This document shows positions 9,173 to 20,267 of a stretch of DNA of 63,951 bases, in pieces; the stretch's first letter is position 1; each line of letters starts with the position of its first letter. Position numbers and translations under genes: made by a program. Location of the stretch: assembly GCA_002498985.1 (NCBI GenBank), contig DAJO01000009.1, forward strand, positions 1-63,951, in the 5' to 3' direction. Below the pieces are notes generated by a model. The model was not told where the DNA came from. It made no database searches and saw only the letters and a program-made list of their open reading frames with translations. The DNA comes from Euryarchaeota archaeon UBA257 (lineage in GTDB: Archaea > Thermoplasmatota > Poseidoniia > Poseidoniales > Thalassarchaeaceae).

Positions 9173-10783
9173 ATGTCAGATGCTGAACATGAAGTTGCCT
9201 TGGAGGATACTGACCGTATCCATGGTAGGACCGCTTTAGTTCGTAATGTCGCCGCCGCTGTTTCTTTATCGAATGCCGTTAGGTCAACATTGGGGCCTAG
9301 GGGGTTGGATAAAATGCTCGTAGATCAAGAAGGCAATGCAAGTGTCACTAACGATGGAGTTACCGTTTTAGAAACTGCTAGAGTAGAACATCCGACTGCA
9401 AATTTACTAATTGCATCCTCGAGTTCACAAGATCGTTCAGCTAGGGACGGAACAACTACGACAGTAATTTTGATGGCTGAAATGCTACAAAATGCCTTGG
9501 AACTAGTTAGGTCAGGCATTCATCCTTCTATAATCATTAATGGATACAGAATTTCTAACAAAAAAGCATTAGAGGAAATCAAGAAAATTTCACGTGAGGC
9601 AAATAATAGAAACTTGAAAGCATCTGTAATTAAGACCTCATTACAAGGAAAAATAGATTCTTTATTAGCTGAACATCTAACTGAAATTTCCTTAATTGCA
9701 GCAGAAGCACTAGTTGATGAAGAAGGCGGTAAAGACTTAGAACGATTACGGATAAAAAGGATACAAATTTCAGGTGGAAGGGCATTAGATAGTGAATTAC
9801 TACCTGCATTAATCCTAGCAAAAACAAAACTTATTGGAAACACTTCAACCTTTTCCAAAGGAGGTAAGGTTGCAATAATTGATGGAGGAATTGAAGAAAG
9901 AAAATTAAGTTTGGATGCCCAGATTGAAATTAATGAATTAGGGGCACTAAAGGACTTTCAAACTCGTAACGAGAAATATCTTAAAGAAATGGTCAATTGT
10001 CTTGAAAATTTAAATGTAGATTTACTAATAGTTAGAGATGGGATAGCAGATGAAGCAATTCCAATACTCTCAGAAGCTGGAATTACAGCCTACAGAAGAT
10101 TCGAAAGGGACGACCTTGAAAGATTATCAAGATTAACAAAAACAAATATGGTTAGAGATATTAGAAAAATTACGAAAGATGATATTGGAGAATATTCATC
10201 ACGTTCCGAAGAAAATATTGGCGGAATAAATTATACAAGGATAGAGGGAGAATTTGGTGGTGCGATGACTGCAGTCATTAGAGGTTCTACTCCCGAAATT
10301 AGAGATGAAGTAAGTAGAGCTTTTGACGACGCTTTGGGAGTTAGCCATAGATTAACCAAAGAAAGCAATATTCTACCAGGTGGAGGAGCAACACATATCC
10401 ACTTGGCTAGACAACTTAGAGAATACGCAACGACACAATCGGGTAGAGAACAGATGGCCATTGAAGGATATGCTGCTGCCCTTGAGATAGTCCCTCGTAC
10501 TTTAGCAGAAAATGCAGGCTATGACCCGATAGATATTGTTTTGTCTCTCTCAGCCGCCCAAGCAAAAAAGGAAGATAGTGGACCTTGGATTGGCCTCAAT
10601 GGAAACTCGGGAGAAATTATGGATATGTTTGAAGAAGAGATATTTGATCCAATATTTGTTGCAAAGCATGCCATTTCAGGAGCTACAGAAGCCGCAATTA
10701 GCATCTTAAGGATTGACGATGTACTATGGGCAAAGAAGGGGCCCGAAACTCCAGATTGGAGTAACCAAATTGAAGACAATTGA
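9173..10783 (+). CDS. ths: thermosome subunit (group II chaperonin)
   Basis: LGPRGLDKMLVD, NDGVTVL and the GGGA ATP-site motif; 536 aa. A GAGGG Shine-Dalgarno-like motif precedes the ATG. Confidence 0.95.
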   Translation: MSDAEHEVALEDTDRIHGRTALVRNVAAAVSLSNAVRSTLGPRGLDKMLVDQEGNASVTNDGVTVLETARVEHPTANLLIASSSSQDRSARDGTTTTVILMAEMLQNALELVRSGIHPSIIINGYRISNKKALEEIKKISREANNRNLKASVIKTSLQGKIDSLLAEHLTEISLIAAEALVDEEGGKDLERLRIKRIQISGGRALDSELLPALILAKTKLIGNTSTFSKGGKVAIIDGGIEERKLSLDAQIEINELGALKDFQTRNEKYLKEMVNCLENLNVDLLIVRDGIADEAIPILSEAGITAYRRFERDDLERLSRLTKTNMVRDIRKITKDDIGEYSSRSEENIGGINYTRIEGEFGGAMTAVIRGSTPEIRDEVSRAFDDALGVSHRLTKESNILPGGGATHIHLARQLREYATTQSGREQMAIEGYAAALEIVPRTLAENAGYDPIDIVLSLSAAQAKKEDSGPWIGLNGNSGEIMDMFEEEIFDPIFVAKHAISGATEAAISILRIDDVLWAKKGPETPDWSNQIEDN

Positions 10784-10785
10784 AA

Positions 10786-11739
10786 TTATTTTAAGTTGGT
10801 AAGCATCTCATTAACTATAGATTCTAGATTAAATCTTGATTTCCAGTTCCAATCATTTCTTGATATCTGATCATCTATAGAATCGGGCCAGGAATCAGCA
10901 TAATTTTGGCGTATATCTGGTTTATATCTACAAACAAAGTTTGGTAATTTCTTATTAATTTCAGATACTAATTCCTCAGGGGTGAATGAAACTCCAGAAA
11001 TATTGTAACCACAACGTGCTGAACTAAGAGAATCAATAGGTTCGTCCATCAATGATATTGTAGCCCTTATTGCATCATCCATATACATCATCGGAAGACG
11101 TGTTTGGGCACTGAGAAAACAATCATACGTGGATTCTTCTGAAAGTGCAGCATGAAAAATATCAACGGCATAATCAGTAGTTCCACCACTAACGGGTGAC
11201 TTCCAAGATATTAGTCCAGGATATCTAATCCCTCTAATATCAACTCCATATTTCTCATGATATATCATCCCTAATATTTCACAGTCGACTTTAGTCATTC
11301 CATATTTAGTTGTAGGATTTAATGGAGTTATTTGAGGTGCATTTTTAGGTGCATCGGGACCGAATACAGCAATAGAAGAGGGAGCGAAAATACGTAAATC
11401 GAATTCTCTCGCTGCCTCCAAAATATTTCTCGTTCCTTCTACATTAATTAATTCGCATAAATCTGGATTCTCTTCTCCTTTAGCGGAAAGTATGGCAGCC
11501 AAATGATAGATGATTTTAATTTCCTTTTCGATTATTAGTTGGAAAATTCCATCTTTATCTAAAACATCTAGGTTGGTATATGGCCCGTTTTGAATGCACG
11601 GATGGCCTTTTTTTTCTCTAATATCACTGGCGATAACATGGTCAGAACCATAAATATCCCTTAATGATTGTACTAAGTCAGTACCAATTTGACCAAGGGC
11701 TCCTGTAACTAATATTCGGCCGCCCTCATGTACAACCAT
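10786..11739 (-). CDS. tdh: L-threonine 3-dehydrogenase, short-chain (UDP-galactose-4-epimerase-like) type
   Basis: ILVTGALGQIGT Rossmann motif. There is end-to-end resemblance to SDR-type archaeal TDH as I recall it (VIASDIR, LSAKGE, GTTDYAV, LPMMYMDDA, SFTPEEL). Confidence 0.75.
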   Translation of the reverse strand: MVVHEGGRILVTGALGQIGTDLVQSLRDIYGSDHVIASDIREKKGHPCIQNGPYTNLDVLDKDGIFQLIIEKEIKIIYHLAAILSAKGEENPDLCELINVEGTRNILEAAREFDLRIFAPSSIAVFGPDAPKNAPQITPLNPTTKYGMTKVDCEILGMIYHEKYGVDIRGIRYPGLISWKSPVSGGTTDYAVDIFHAALSEESTYDCFLSAQTRLPMMYMDDAIRATISLMDEPIDSLSSARCGYNISGVSFTPEELVSEINKKLPNFVCRYKPDIRQNYADSWPDSIDDQISRNDWNWKSRFNLESIVNEMLTNLK

Positions 11740-11847
11740 AGTCGACCGGAGTGATGGAGATACTTAGACTTAGCAAAGATAGTTTTTGGAGTAAGTCTAA
11801 GGAATGTTGATAGGCAAGGTATGTTGGCTTCAAACCCCGTTGATTGA

Positions 11848-13503
11848 ATGAAGTATGTTGTTGTCACGGGAGGCGTCCTATCAGGACTTGGTAAAGGGAT
11901 AACCGCGAGCAGTATCGGAGTATTGCTAAAATCCGCAGGACTGAGCGTCACTTCTGTAAAGATTGACCCGTATCTTAATTGCGATGCAGGGACTATGTCA
12001 CCATTCGAACATGGTGAAGTGTATGTTTTAGATGATGGCGGCGAAGTTGACTTGGATTTAGGAAACTATGAAAGGTTCCTGGACATCTCTCTCACTAAAG
12101 ATCATAATATCACCACTGGAAAAGTCTACAAATCTGTAATTGAGAGAGAAAGAAAGGGAGACTATTTAGGAAAAACAGTGCAAGTAATTCCACACATAAC
12201 AAATGAAATTCAAGAATGGATTGAAAGAGTATCAAACACGCCAAGTGATGGGACAAACAATATTCCTGACGCTTGCGTTATTGAATTAGGAGGAACTGTC
12301 GGAGATATTGAAAGTGCACCATTCATAGAGGCATTAAGACAATTTCAATTTAGAGTTGGAGAAAGCAATATCTGCTTTGTGCATGTAAGTTTAGTCCCAG
12401 TGATGGGTCCAGTAGGAGAACAGAAAACTAAGCCTACTCAACATACTGTAAAAGAGCTAAGAGGACTTGGAATTATTCCCGATATTCTAGTTTGTAGATC
12501 CGAAAATCCATTAGATGACGAAACTAGAGAAAAGTTAGCGGCTTTTTGTCACGTTTCTCCTGGTGCAGTTGTTTCGGCTCATGATGTATCAAACATATAT
12601 CGCATCCCAATTTTATTAGATGAGCAAGGAGTTAGTAATGTACTTTCAAAGCAAATAAGTTTTGATTTACCAGACTCAAGACCTCTACTAGATGATTGGA
12701 TAAAAATGGCTGAAACTGTGGATAATCTCAACGAAGTTGTACAAATCGCAATGGTCGGGAAATATACTGGACTTTCTGATTCTTATCTTAGCGTCATCAA
12801 AGCACTACAACATTCATCATTTGAAGTAAATCATAAGCTTCAAATTAATTGGATTGAGGCAGAAAATTTAGATGAAAAAATAAAGCAAGAAAATCCTGAG
12901 AAATACAAAGAAGCATGGGATAATCTAAAAATATCTGATGGAATACTAGTCCCAGGAGGCTTTGGAATTAGAGGAATAGAAGGGAAAATAAAGGCTGCAG
13001 AATATGCTAGAGTGAATAAAATACCTTACTTAGGAGTATGTTTAGGATTACAAATAGCCACAATTGAGTTCTGTAGAAATGTACTAGGTATGAAAAATGC
13101 AAACTCTACAGAATTTGACGAGAATACCCCCCAGCCAGCGGTAGTATTTATGCCAGAGATATCAAAGACACATATGGGCGGCACAATGAGATTGGGTACA
13201 AAACCAACGCCATTTTTAGTAGAGGACTGTAAAATAAAAAGACTTTATGGAAATCAATCTTATGTCGACGAAAGGCATAGACATAGATACGAAGTGAATC
13301 CAGAATTAATTTCAAAAATTGAAAAGGCGGGATTAATCTATGTAGGTAAAGATGAAACTGGCCAGAGATGTGAAATTATGGAATTAGAAGACCATCCATA
13401 TTACGTTGGAACACAATATCATCCAGAATTTAAATCTAGGCCTGGAAGGCCTAGCCCTCCTTTTTTGGGGCTCTTGAAAGCCTCAATAGGCGAAAAAATT
13501 TGA
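11848..13503 (+). CDS. pyrG: CTP synthase
   Basis: N-terminal [18 protein letters not shown] and a C-terminal glutamine amidotransferase domain ([15 protein letters not shown]). Confidence 0.97.
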   Translation: MKYVVVTGGVLSGLGKGITASSIGVLLKSAGLSVTSVKIDPYLNCDAGTMSPFEHGEVYVLDDGGEVDLDLGNYERFLDISLTKDHNITTGKVYKSVIERERKGDYLGKTVQVIPHITNEIQEWIERVSNTPSDGTNNIPDACVIELGGTVGDIESAPFIEALRQFQFRVGESNICFVHVSLVPVMGPVGEQKTKPTQHTVKELRGLGIIPDILVCRSENPLDDETREKLAAFCHVSPGAVVSAHDVSNIYRIPILLDEQGVSNVLSKQISFDLPDSRPLLDDWIKMAETVDNLNEVVQIAMVGKYTGLSDSYLSVIKALQHSSFEVNHKLQINWIEAENLDEKIKQENPEKYKEAWDNLKISDGILVPGGFGIRGIEGKIKAAEYARVNKIPYLGVCLGLQIATIEFCRNVLGMKNANSTEFDENTPQPAVVFMPEISKTHMGGTMRLGTKPTPFLVEDCKIKRLYGNQSYVDERHRHRYEVNPELISKIEKAGLIYVGKDETGQRCEIMELEDHPYYVGTQYHPEFKSRPGRPSPPFLGLLKASIGEKI

Positions 13504-13504
13504 A

Positions 13505-14650
13505 TCAATCGACTATTATCGGTAAAACTCTAGTAGTTCTGTAACCTTGTAGTACTTTCATATATTTCTTATCAGAAAATTTCTCATCTAATTTTTTGTC
13601 CCCAGTTTCTATTCGCAAACGACGAACAGAAATTAATTTGGCAGGAGTGACTACACCTAAAATTTCATCAATCGATATTTTTCTTAGAACGCTGGGGGAT
13701 AGTTGTAGGTTACCTCTGCCAATAAGGAAACCTTGGCCCCCCATAGGAGATAGAAGCAAAGTCACTTGACCTTTATGTGAAGAAAGAATTTCAATTAGCT
13801 GCTCTTCGTTAAGATCGGTTCCTATCTGCTTATCCCCCAATGTAGCATCGATTCCCAACACTGTACCTTCAAATCCTATCATATTAGAAATTGTTCTTAA
13901 TGTCCCACCTGAGCCCCAAATAATGAGTCTCTGATCGTCTATTAATAACTCTTGAATATGGTCAGCAAGTCCTTCTATAATCTCTTCTTCACCAGTCGCC
14001 TCCACTCGCATTTTTGCACCTTGCATCCACCTCGGGGATGCCGGTGTTTTAGCCTCAGCATACAATCTAACTACCCATTCGCCATTACGATACTTGTCTT
14101 CATCTAAATCAAGAACTTCTGTGCTAGATAGTAATAATTCTCCATTCATCCATGATGAAAGTACTTCGGCCCCTGCTTTAGGAGATGAAGCAAAACATCC
14201 AGAATGCATCTTTACGCCACATGGAATACCAATAACAGGTAAGATTGATTTATTGTGAGAATCTAAAGTAGATACTATATCTCTCGTCGTTCCATCACCT
14301 CCGGCATATAGTATCAAATCTACATTAGATTCGATTAATAGAGATACCAACTCGAATGTATCTGATGGATTTGTAATTCCTGAAGATTCGTGAATTAAAT
14401 TAAAATTACCTATTGATATTCCATCGGGTATCCATTCGCTACCCATTCTACCTTTACTTGTGAACCATTCAACCTCTTGTTTATCATCATAAATTTTACT
14501 AAAATAGTTTAATGCATCTCTTACCCTAGGACCCGCCCTATCTTTTGCACCCATTGAACGCGCATATTTTGCTTGACCATCGGAGCCTTTGAGCCCTAAT
14601 CTGCCACCTAAACCTGCATCTGGATTAACAAGTAAGCCGATACGCACCAT
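13505..14650 (-). CDS. ATP-NAD kinase-like family protein (COG3199-type)
   Basis: [13 protein letters not shown] and YAGGDGT motifs typical of NAD kinase/diacylglycerol kinase-fold proteins. The exact activity is unknown. Confidence 0.6.
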   Translation of the reverse strand: MVRIGLLVNPDAGLGGRLGLKGSDGQAKYARSMGAKDRAGPRVRDALNYFSKIYDDKQEVEWFTSKGRMGSEWIPDGISIGNFNLIHESSGITNPSDTFELVSLLIESNVDLILYAGGDGTTRDIVSTLDSHNKSILPVIGIPCGVKMHSGCFASSPKAGAEVLSSWMNGELLLSSTEVLDLDEDKYRNGEWVVRLYAEAKTPASPRWMQGAKMRVEATGEEEIIEGLADHIQELLIDDQRLIIWGSGGTLRTISNMIGFEGTVLGIDATLGDKQIGTDLNEEQLIEILSSHKGQVTLLLSPMGGQGFLIGRGNLQLSPSVLRKISIDEILGVVTPAKLISVRRLRIETGDKKLDEKFSDKKYMKVLQGYRTTRVLPIIVD

Positions 14651-14703
14651 ATTACCCGCAAAGGGCGTGTGTTAATATCAATACAGTCTATGGGTTCACT
14701 ATA

Positions 14704-15612
14704 ATGCGCATCGTGATTGCACTTGGCGGGAATGCTCTTCTTCGTAGAGGAGAAGAGATGACAGCAGATAATCAAAGAGAAAATATAAGAATTGCAGCAA
14801 GAGCTTTAGCACCAATTATTGAGGAACATGAAGTAGTAATTAGTCATGGAAATGGCCCCCAAGTAGGACTACTCTCATTACAGTCCGCCGCTTACAAAGA
14901 AGTTGAAGAGTATCCGCTTGATATTTTAGGAGCACAAACCCAAGGTATGATTGGCTATATGATTGAGCAAGAATTGGGGAATTTATTACCAATTGAAAAA
15001 CCTATAGCCTCTATTCTAACAATGGTGGAAATAGATCCGGAAGACCCAGCCTTTTCAAATCCTACAAAACCTATTGGGCCTGTATATTCTGAGAAAGATG
15101 CTAAACAATTAGCAGAAAATAAAGGCTGGGATATTAAGCAAGATGGTGAATATTGGAGAAGAGTTGTTCCTTCACCTGAACCTCATAGAATTTTTGAGTT
15201 GAGACCCATACATTGGTTATTAGAAAAGGGAACTGTAGTAATATGTGCTGGCGGAGGAGGCATCCCCACATCTTATGTTGAAAAAGGTAAATTAGAAGGT
15301 GTTGAGGTAGTAATTGATAAAGATAAAGCAAGTTCTTTACTAGCTTTTGAATTGGATGCTGATTTACTAATCATGGCTACCGATACTGACGGAGTATACA
15401 TTGATTGGGGTGGTGATTCACAAGAAATTATTTCAAAAACCACGCCTGAAAAAATAGGCCAGTATACATTTGATAGTGGTTCAATGGGACCGAAAGTTGA
15501 GGCTGCTTGCACGTTTGTTGAACGAACAGGGCAGAGAGCAGTAATTGGTTCTCTTAATGATATAAAGAAAATGGTAAACAGTTTAGCGGGAACACAATTT
15601 ACACTGAAATAA
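14704..15612 (+). CDS. arcC: carbamate kinase
   Basis: [13 protein letters not shown]..., SHGNGPQVG and a C-terminal amino-acid-kinase fold; 302 aa. Confidence 0.9.
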   Translation: MRIVIALGGNALLRRGEEMTADNQRENIRIAARALAPIIEEHEVVISHGNGPQVGLLSLQSAAYKEVEEYPLDILGAQTQGMIGYMIEQELGNLLPIEKPIASILTMVEIDPEDPAFSNPTKPIGPVYSEKDAKQLAENKGWDIKQDGEYWRRVVPSPEPHRIFELRPIHWLLEKGTVVICAGGGGIPTSYVEKGKLEGVEVVIDKDKASSLLAFELDADLLIMATDTDGVYIDWGGDSQEIISKTTPEKIGQYTFDSGSMGPKVEAACTFVERTGQRAVIGSLNDIKKMVNSLAGTQFTLK

Positions 15613-15686
15613 CATTTTGATTTGTAAATTAATCAGCAAGGTATTCATATCATCGTTGTGTCAGGAGTAATTACGGAGACCAGTGT

Positions 15687-17651
15687 ATGTCGATGATTGA
15701 AGTACAAATCAATAATGAAGAAACTCATGAATATGTCTCCGGAATTACTGTCGGAGACATCTTGTTGAATGTATATGGGAAAAGAAGCGGGGCAGTCGCT
15801 GCAAATATTGATGGTAAACAACGAGATATGTCATTTATCGTTAATAAGAATTGTAAAATTGAACCTATTTTGGGCGATTCAGAAGAAGGATTGTATATTC
15901 TCAGGCATTCTTGTGCACATTTACTTGCACAGGCTGTTGTTGAGATGTTTCCTGAAGCTAAACCTACGATAGGCCCACCAATTGAACATGGATTCTACTA
16001 TGACTTTCATATGAATCCAATCGGGGACAATGATCTTAAAAATATAGAGAAAAGAATGAATCAACTTGTAAGAGAAAATATTACTATTCAGAGAGAAGAG
16101 TATGATAATAATGAACTAAGAGAATTGTTCAAAGAAAATAAATTTAAGATAGAAATTATGGATGAAAAAGTTGGAAATGAAGTTGGTTCAACCGCTTACA
16201 GACAGGGTGATTTTGTGGACCTTTGCAGAGGGCCCCATGTACCATCTACATCTCACCTTAGATGGTTCAAATTAACAAGTACAAGCCAAGCTTACTGGCG
16301 CGCGGATAGGAATAGAGAACCTCTGACTCGTATTTATGGCATGTGTTATGCTAGTAAAGAAGGATTGAAAGAAAGACAAAGACAAATTGAGGAAGCGGGT
16401 AAAAGAGATCATAAAAAGATTGGAAAAGAAATGGAACTTTACATGATTGATGAAATGATTGGGAAAGGATTGCCTGTTTGGCTGCCAAATGGCGAAATTC
16501 TAAAATCAGAAATAGAAAAATATGCTTTACAGACTGAGGATAAATATGGTTATGATAGAGTTACAACTCCAGTTCTAGCGAAGAAAGAATTATTCGAGTG
16601 CAGTGGACACCTCCCACATTATGCGGAAGGCATGTATCCGCCTATGGAAATGGATGATGGAACATATTATCTGAAAGCTATGAATTGTCCAATGCATCAT
16701 TTAGTGTTTAGTAACAAAAAGAGATCATATAGAGAACTTCCATTGAGAATTGCAGAATATGGAACAGTTTACAGAAATGAAATGTCAGGGACTTTAGCCG
16801 GCCTACTGAGAGTTAGGATGCTATCGATGAATGACGCGCACATCTACTGTACTCTTGACCAAGTTGGACAAGAAGTTGCAAGTAATATCAAAATGGTTCA
16901 AGACTACTATTCATCATTTGGTTTCGAGAATTACCACTTCCGGTTATCTCTTTGGGACCCTGAAAATACTGACAAATACATCGAGCAACCCGAAAACTGG
17001 AATTCAACGCAAGACCATCTAAGAAAAATTTTGAATGAATTGGAAGTACCCTATGTTGAAGCTATTGGTGAAGCCGCATTCTACGGACCTAAAATTGATA
17101 TTCAATTTACAACTGCGTTAGGAAGAGAAGAATCAATGTCAACAATACAACTTGATTTTGCGGCCAAAGAGCGGTTTCAATTAACATATAAAGATGAAAA
17201 AGGAGAAGAAAATGGTGAAGTTTTTGTAATTCATAGGGCACCACTATCAACTCATGAGAGATTTGTCGCATTTTTAACAGAACATTGGGCGGGGAACTTT
17301 CCGACTTGGCTGTCTCCAAAGCAAATCCAGATAATTACTATCTCAGAAAAACAAAAAAAATACGCAAGAGAAGTTGAGAAATCTTTAGCAGACATTGGAG
17401 TTAGAGTATCTGTGGATGATTCAGACGCAACTATTGGGAAAAAAATCCGTATGCATAGAAAAATGCGCCCCGCATATATGTTAATTCTTGGAGAAGATGA
17501 ACAAAAACAAAGAACTGTTTCAATTAGAATAGATCGAAAAGGGGAACCAAGAAGTGGCGAACAATGCAAAGATGTACCCCTGAATGAATTCTTAGAAAAT
17601 TTATCTGAAGAAATTTCTTCGAAAAGTAAGGATTTATCATTGGTAAAATGA
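15687..17651 (+). CDS. thrS: threonyl-tRNA synthetase (bacterial-type, with TGS and N2 editing domains)
   Basis: N-terminal TGS-like domain, HSCAHLLAQAV editing motif, class II core and a C-terminal anticodon-binding domain. Confidence 0.95.
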   Translation: MSMIEVQINNEETHEYVSGITVGDILLNVYGKRSGAVAANIDGKQRDMSFIVNKNCKIEPILGDSEEGLYILRHSCAHLLAQAVVEMFPEAKPTIGPPIEHGFYYDFHMNPIGDNDLKNIEKRMNQLVRENITIQREEYDNNELRELFKENKFKIEIMDEKVGNEVGSTAYRQGDFVDLCRGPHVPSTSHLRWFKLTSTSQAYWRADRNREPLTRIYGMCYASKEGLKERQRQIEEAGKRDHKKIGKEMELYMIDEMIGKGLPVWLPNGEILKSEIEKYALQTEDKYGYDRVTTPVLAKKELFECSGHLPHYAEGMYPPMEMDDGTYYLKAMNCPMHHLVFSNKKRSYRELPLRIAEYGTVYRNEMSGTLAGLLRVRMLSMNDAHIYCTLDQVGQEVASNIKMVQDYYSSFGFENYHFRLSLWDPENTDKYIEQPENWNSTQDHLRKILNELEVPYVEAIGEAAFYGPKIDIQFTTALGREESMSTIQLDFAAKERFQLTYKDEKGEENGEVFVIHRAPLSTHERFVAFLTEHWAGNFPTWLSPKQIQIITISEKQKKYAREVEKSLADIGVRVSVDDSDATIGKKIRMHRKMRPAYMLILGEDEQKQRTVSIRIDRKGEPRSGEQCKDVPLNEFLENLSEEISSKSKDLSLVK

Positions 17652-17666
17652 TACTGAGGGTTTGCA

Positions 17667-18500
17667 ATGGAAAATAGAGAAATTCTGAATATTGCAGGGT
17701 ATCGATTTGTTGATTTAGATGACAGAGATGAACTAAGGCAGCCATTCAGATTTATTTGTGAAAAACTCAATCTTAAGGGGACTATTTTACTAAGCAAAAA
17801 TGGGATTAATTTTTTTCTTGCTGGAAAAAAGGAAGCCATTGATTCGTATATTGAATTCCTCGAATCTGATAAAAGATTTGTAGATATTCCCTTGAAAATA
17901 AGTTATACTAATTACCAACCATTTCGAAGAATGCTTGTAAGGCTAAAGAAAGAAATTATTGCATTAGGATTGGATGAGGTCAGGCCATCTGAATTCACCG
18001 CCCCAAATATAACCCCTAAAGAATTCAAGAATATGCTAGATAAGAATGAAGATGTAGTTATTTTAGATACAAGAAATGATTATGAGACCAAAGTCGGAAT
18101 ATTTGATAATGCAATAGATTTAAATTTATCTACATTTAGAGATTTTCCAGATGCTATTTCTGATCTACCTGAAGAATATAAAACAAAACAAATAGTGATG
18201 TATTGTACGGGAGGAATTAGGTGTGAAAAGGCATCAGTAGTGATGATGAATGCTGGTTTTGAGAATGTAAAACAACTAGAGGGGGGAATTTTAGGATACT
18301 TTGAACAAACAGACGGTTCTTATTGGAAAGGTGATTGCTTTGTTTTCGATCAAAGAGTAGCAGTCGATACCGAATTAAATGAAACAGAATATTCAATGTG
18401 CTTTGCCTGTAGAGAACCACTTACAAAAAAAGAGAGGAGATCTGAAAATTATAAATTAGACTCTTATTGCCCATATTGTGCAGGGAAAAATAAAACTTAG
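17667..18500 (+). CDS. trhO: rhodanese-domain protein of the UPF0176/YceA (TrhO, tRNA U34 hydroxylase) family
   Basis: N-terminal IAGYRFV motif, rhodanese active-site loop CTGGIRCEKAS and a C-terminal Cys cluster. A GAGGG Shine-Dalgarno-like motif precedes the ATG. Confidence 0.8.
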   Translation: MENREILNIAGYRFVDLDDRDELRQPFRFICEKLNLKGTILLSKNGINFFLAGKKEAIDSYIEFLESDKRFVDIPLKISYTNYQPFRRMLVRLKKEIIALGLDEVRPSEFTAPNITPKEFKNMLDKNEDVVILDTRNDYETKVGIFDNAIDLNLSTFRDFPDAISDLPEEYKTKQIVMYCTGGIRCEKASVVMMNAGFENVKQLEGGILGYFEQTDGSYWKGDCFVFDQRVAVDTELNETEYSMCFACREPLTKKERRSENYKLDSYCPYCAGKNKT

Positions 18501-20215
18501 ATTCTTCTTCTAAGATTTTCCATAATTTCATCGGTTTTCCCTAATGAAGAAAGTGTAGAATCTATATCACCCTCTTCTAATAACTTCTTAGATTCAGAAA
18601 GTTTACTCTCCGCATTCATACGCATAGAGTCATTGACCTTGATATTGGAAGAATCAAGTTTTTTCCTTAGTTCAATCCACTCACTTTCTACAAATGAATA
18701 TAATTCCAGAGCTTCTGACCTTGATTTTTCATATTGTTGAAGATTTTTTGTGAGTGATTCTAGAAGGTCAGATGCTTCAACCCATTGTTCTGAGTTCACT
18801 TTAGTTTCAATATCTTCCAATTGATTTCTCCATTGATCACCGGATTTACCAGAAGGAAAAACTGCAGTTAGTTTTTTTCTCTGCCTAAGACCTCGTTGTA
18901 CATTTTGCATTGATTCAGACATCTTATTGATGTCTCGGAGAATACTTGTTGCTAATCCCTTGGCAAGAGAAGAATTACCCGATTCTAATGCAACCTTTGA
19001 CTCTACTAGCCTTTCTTTGGTACTTACTGAGAAGCTACCTTCAACCTCTTGAATTGCTTTTTCAGCTTCAATAATTGCTTCTTTAGCCTCTGTAGTCGTG
19101 GATTCCAAACTTTCAAGATGGCCCGGAACTGAGGAGGCTATTTTTATTGCTTCTACTGGATTTTCTGATCCTAGTGCCTCCTTAGCAGAATCAATTATAT
19201 TATTTATTGAGTCTAATGTGATACCCTTTACATAAGAAATTAATTCTTCTGCGCTTGCTATTTCGTCCATCGCATTTTGCCAATGTTGGATTATTATCTC
19301 TGATCTCTTTTTTGAAAGTCGGAAAAGAATTTCTGCTTCTCTTAATGAACCGAAATCGGATTCTTTTTGTCCAGATTCAAATGCTTTCCTTGGACCATGA
19401 ACTCCGGGAGCGATTGATTCTGCTTTCTTCATGAAAAGATGTGTTTCTTGTTTAATATCATCTAGATCATTGGCCAAAGCTTTGACTCTTTCAATTTCTT
19501 CTTCAGCGAGCAAAATTACTGTGAGACCCTTTTCGGGTTCATTCCAACAATCTTCTCTTGCTTTCTTCAATATCGATGAGGCTTGCTCAAGAGAAATTCC
19601 TTGGCTTCGCAGTAATAGGACTTGTTCCTCAACTAAATCGAGTTTCTTGATAAAATCTTTTCTAGATTTATGATTTTCATCCTTAGATAGCAAATCGGGA
19701 ATCATGGTGATTAGAATACATGTAAAAACGACCATATAAATTTGTATTTCTGATGAAATAGAATACATAACTGATGCTGAGAATGCAAGACCAAGAATGC
19801 TCGTTAACCCTCTCCATCTTCTAGATGAATGAGTGATTGAGAGGTTTTTCTTGGCAACAAACCATAGGAAAACAGCCATTAAGAAATATATGGAACCAGA
19901 AATTAAGACATCATTAAATTTAAGATTAGAGATAGACAATGCTAACAAAGTAGGATAACAAATATTAGCAATAACGCCTATCCTAGATTTCTGAATTAAT
20001 CCATAGTCAATCAAATCTATTACAACTAATGATGAAATAAATATTAACGATATTGGACCTAATCGAGATAAAAGTTCAGGAGAACCAAATAAACCTGAAA
20101 ATAACCACCATGATGCAGAAAATATCAGTAAAAAAGTAACTGATAATGCGATTCTTTCAACTCGTACTCTATGCTCACGAATCACACGATCAGGGTAGTC
20201 GGGTAGTAGAATCAC
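18497..20215 (-). CDS. polytopic membrane protein with a long C-terminal helical-repeat domain, function unknown
   Basis: 572-aa ORF with about 6 predicted TM helices in the first ~180 aa, followed by ~390 aa of charged helical sequence with a recurring motif. The GTG start at 20215 is preceded by GGTGA 6 nt upstream. There is no in-frame ATG near the 5' end. Confidence 0.7.
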   Translation of the reverse strand: MILLPDYPDRVIREHRVRVERIALSVTFLLIFSASWWLFSGLFGSPELLSRLGPISLIFISSLVVIDLIDYGLIQKSRIGVIANICYPTLLALSISNLKFNDVLISGSIYFLMAVFLWFVAKKNLSITHSSRRWRGLTSILGLAFSASVMYSISSEIQIYMVVFTCILITMIPDLLSKDENHKSRKDFIKKLDLVEEQVLLLRSQGISLEQASSILKKAREDCWNEPEKGLTVILLAEEEIERVKALANDLDDIKQETHLFMKKAESIAPGVHGPRKAFESGQKESDFGSLREAEILFRLSKKRSEIIIQHWQNAMDEIASAEELISYVKGITLDSINNIIDSAKEALGSENPVEAIKIASSVPGHLESLESTTTEAKEAIIEAEKAIQEVEGSFSVSTKERLVESKVALESGNSSLAKGLATSILRDINKMSESMQNVQRGLRQRKKLTAVFPSGKSGDQWRNQLEDIETKVNSEQWVEASDLLESLTKNLQQYEKSRSEALELYSFVESEWIELRKKLDSSNIKVNDSMRMNAESKLSESKKLLEEGDIDSTLSSLGKTDEIMENLRRRI

Positions 20216-20267
20216 AGTATTTCACCATATGGCATGGCTCATGAGTTCTGCGGATAATTGCCTCAGA

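Noticed and set aside
17252-17839. 195-aa minus-strand ORF across the thrS/trhO junction
   Set aside because: Antisense shadow of two confidently identified genes. Its composition is typical of non-coding frames.
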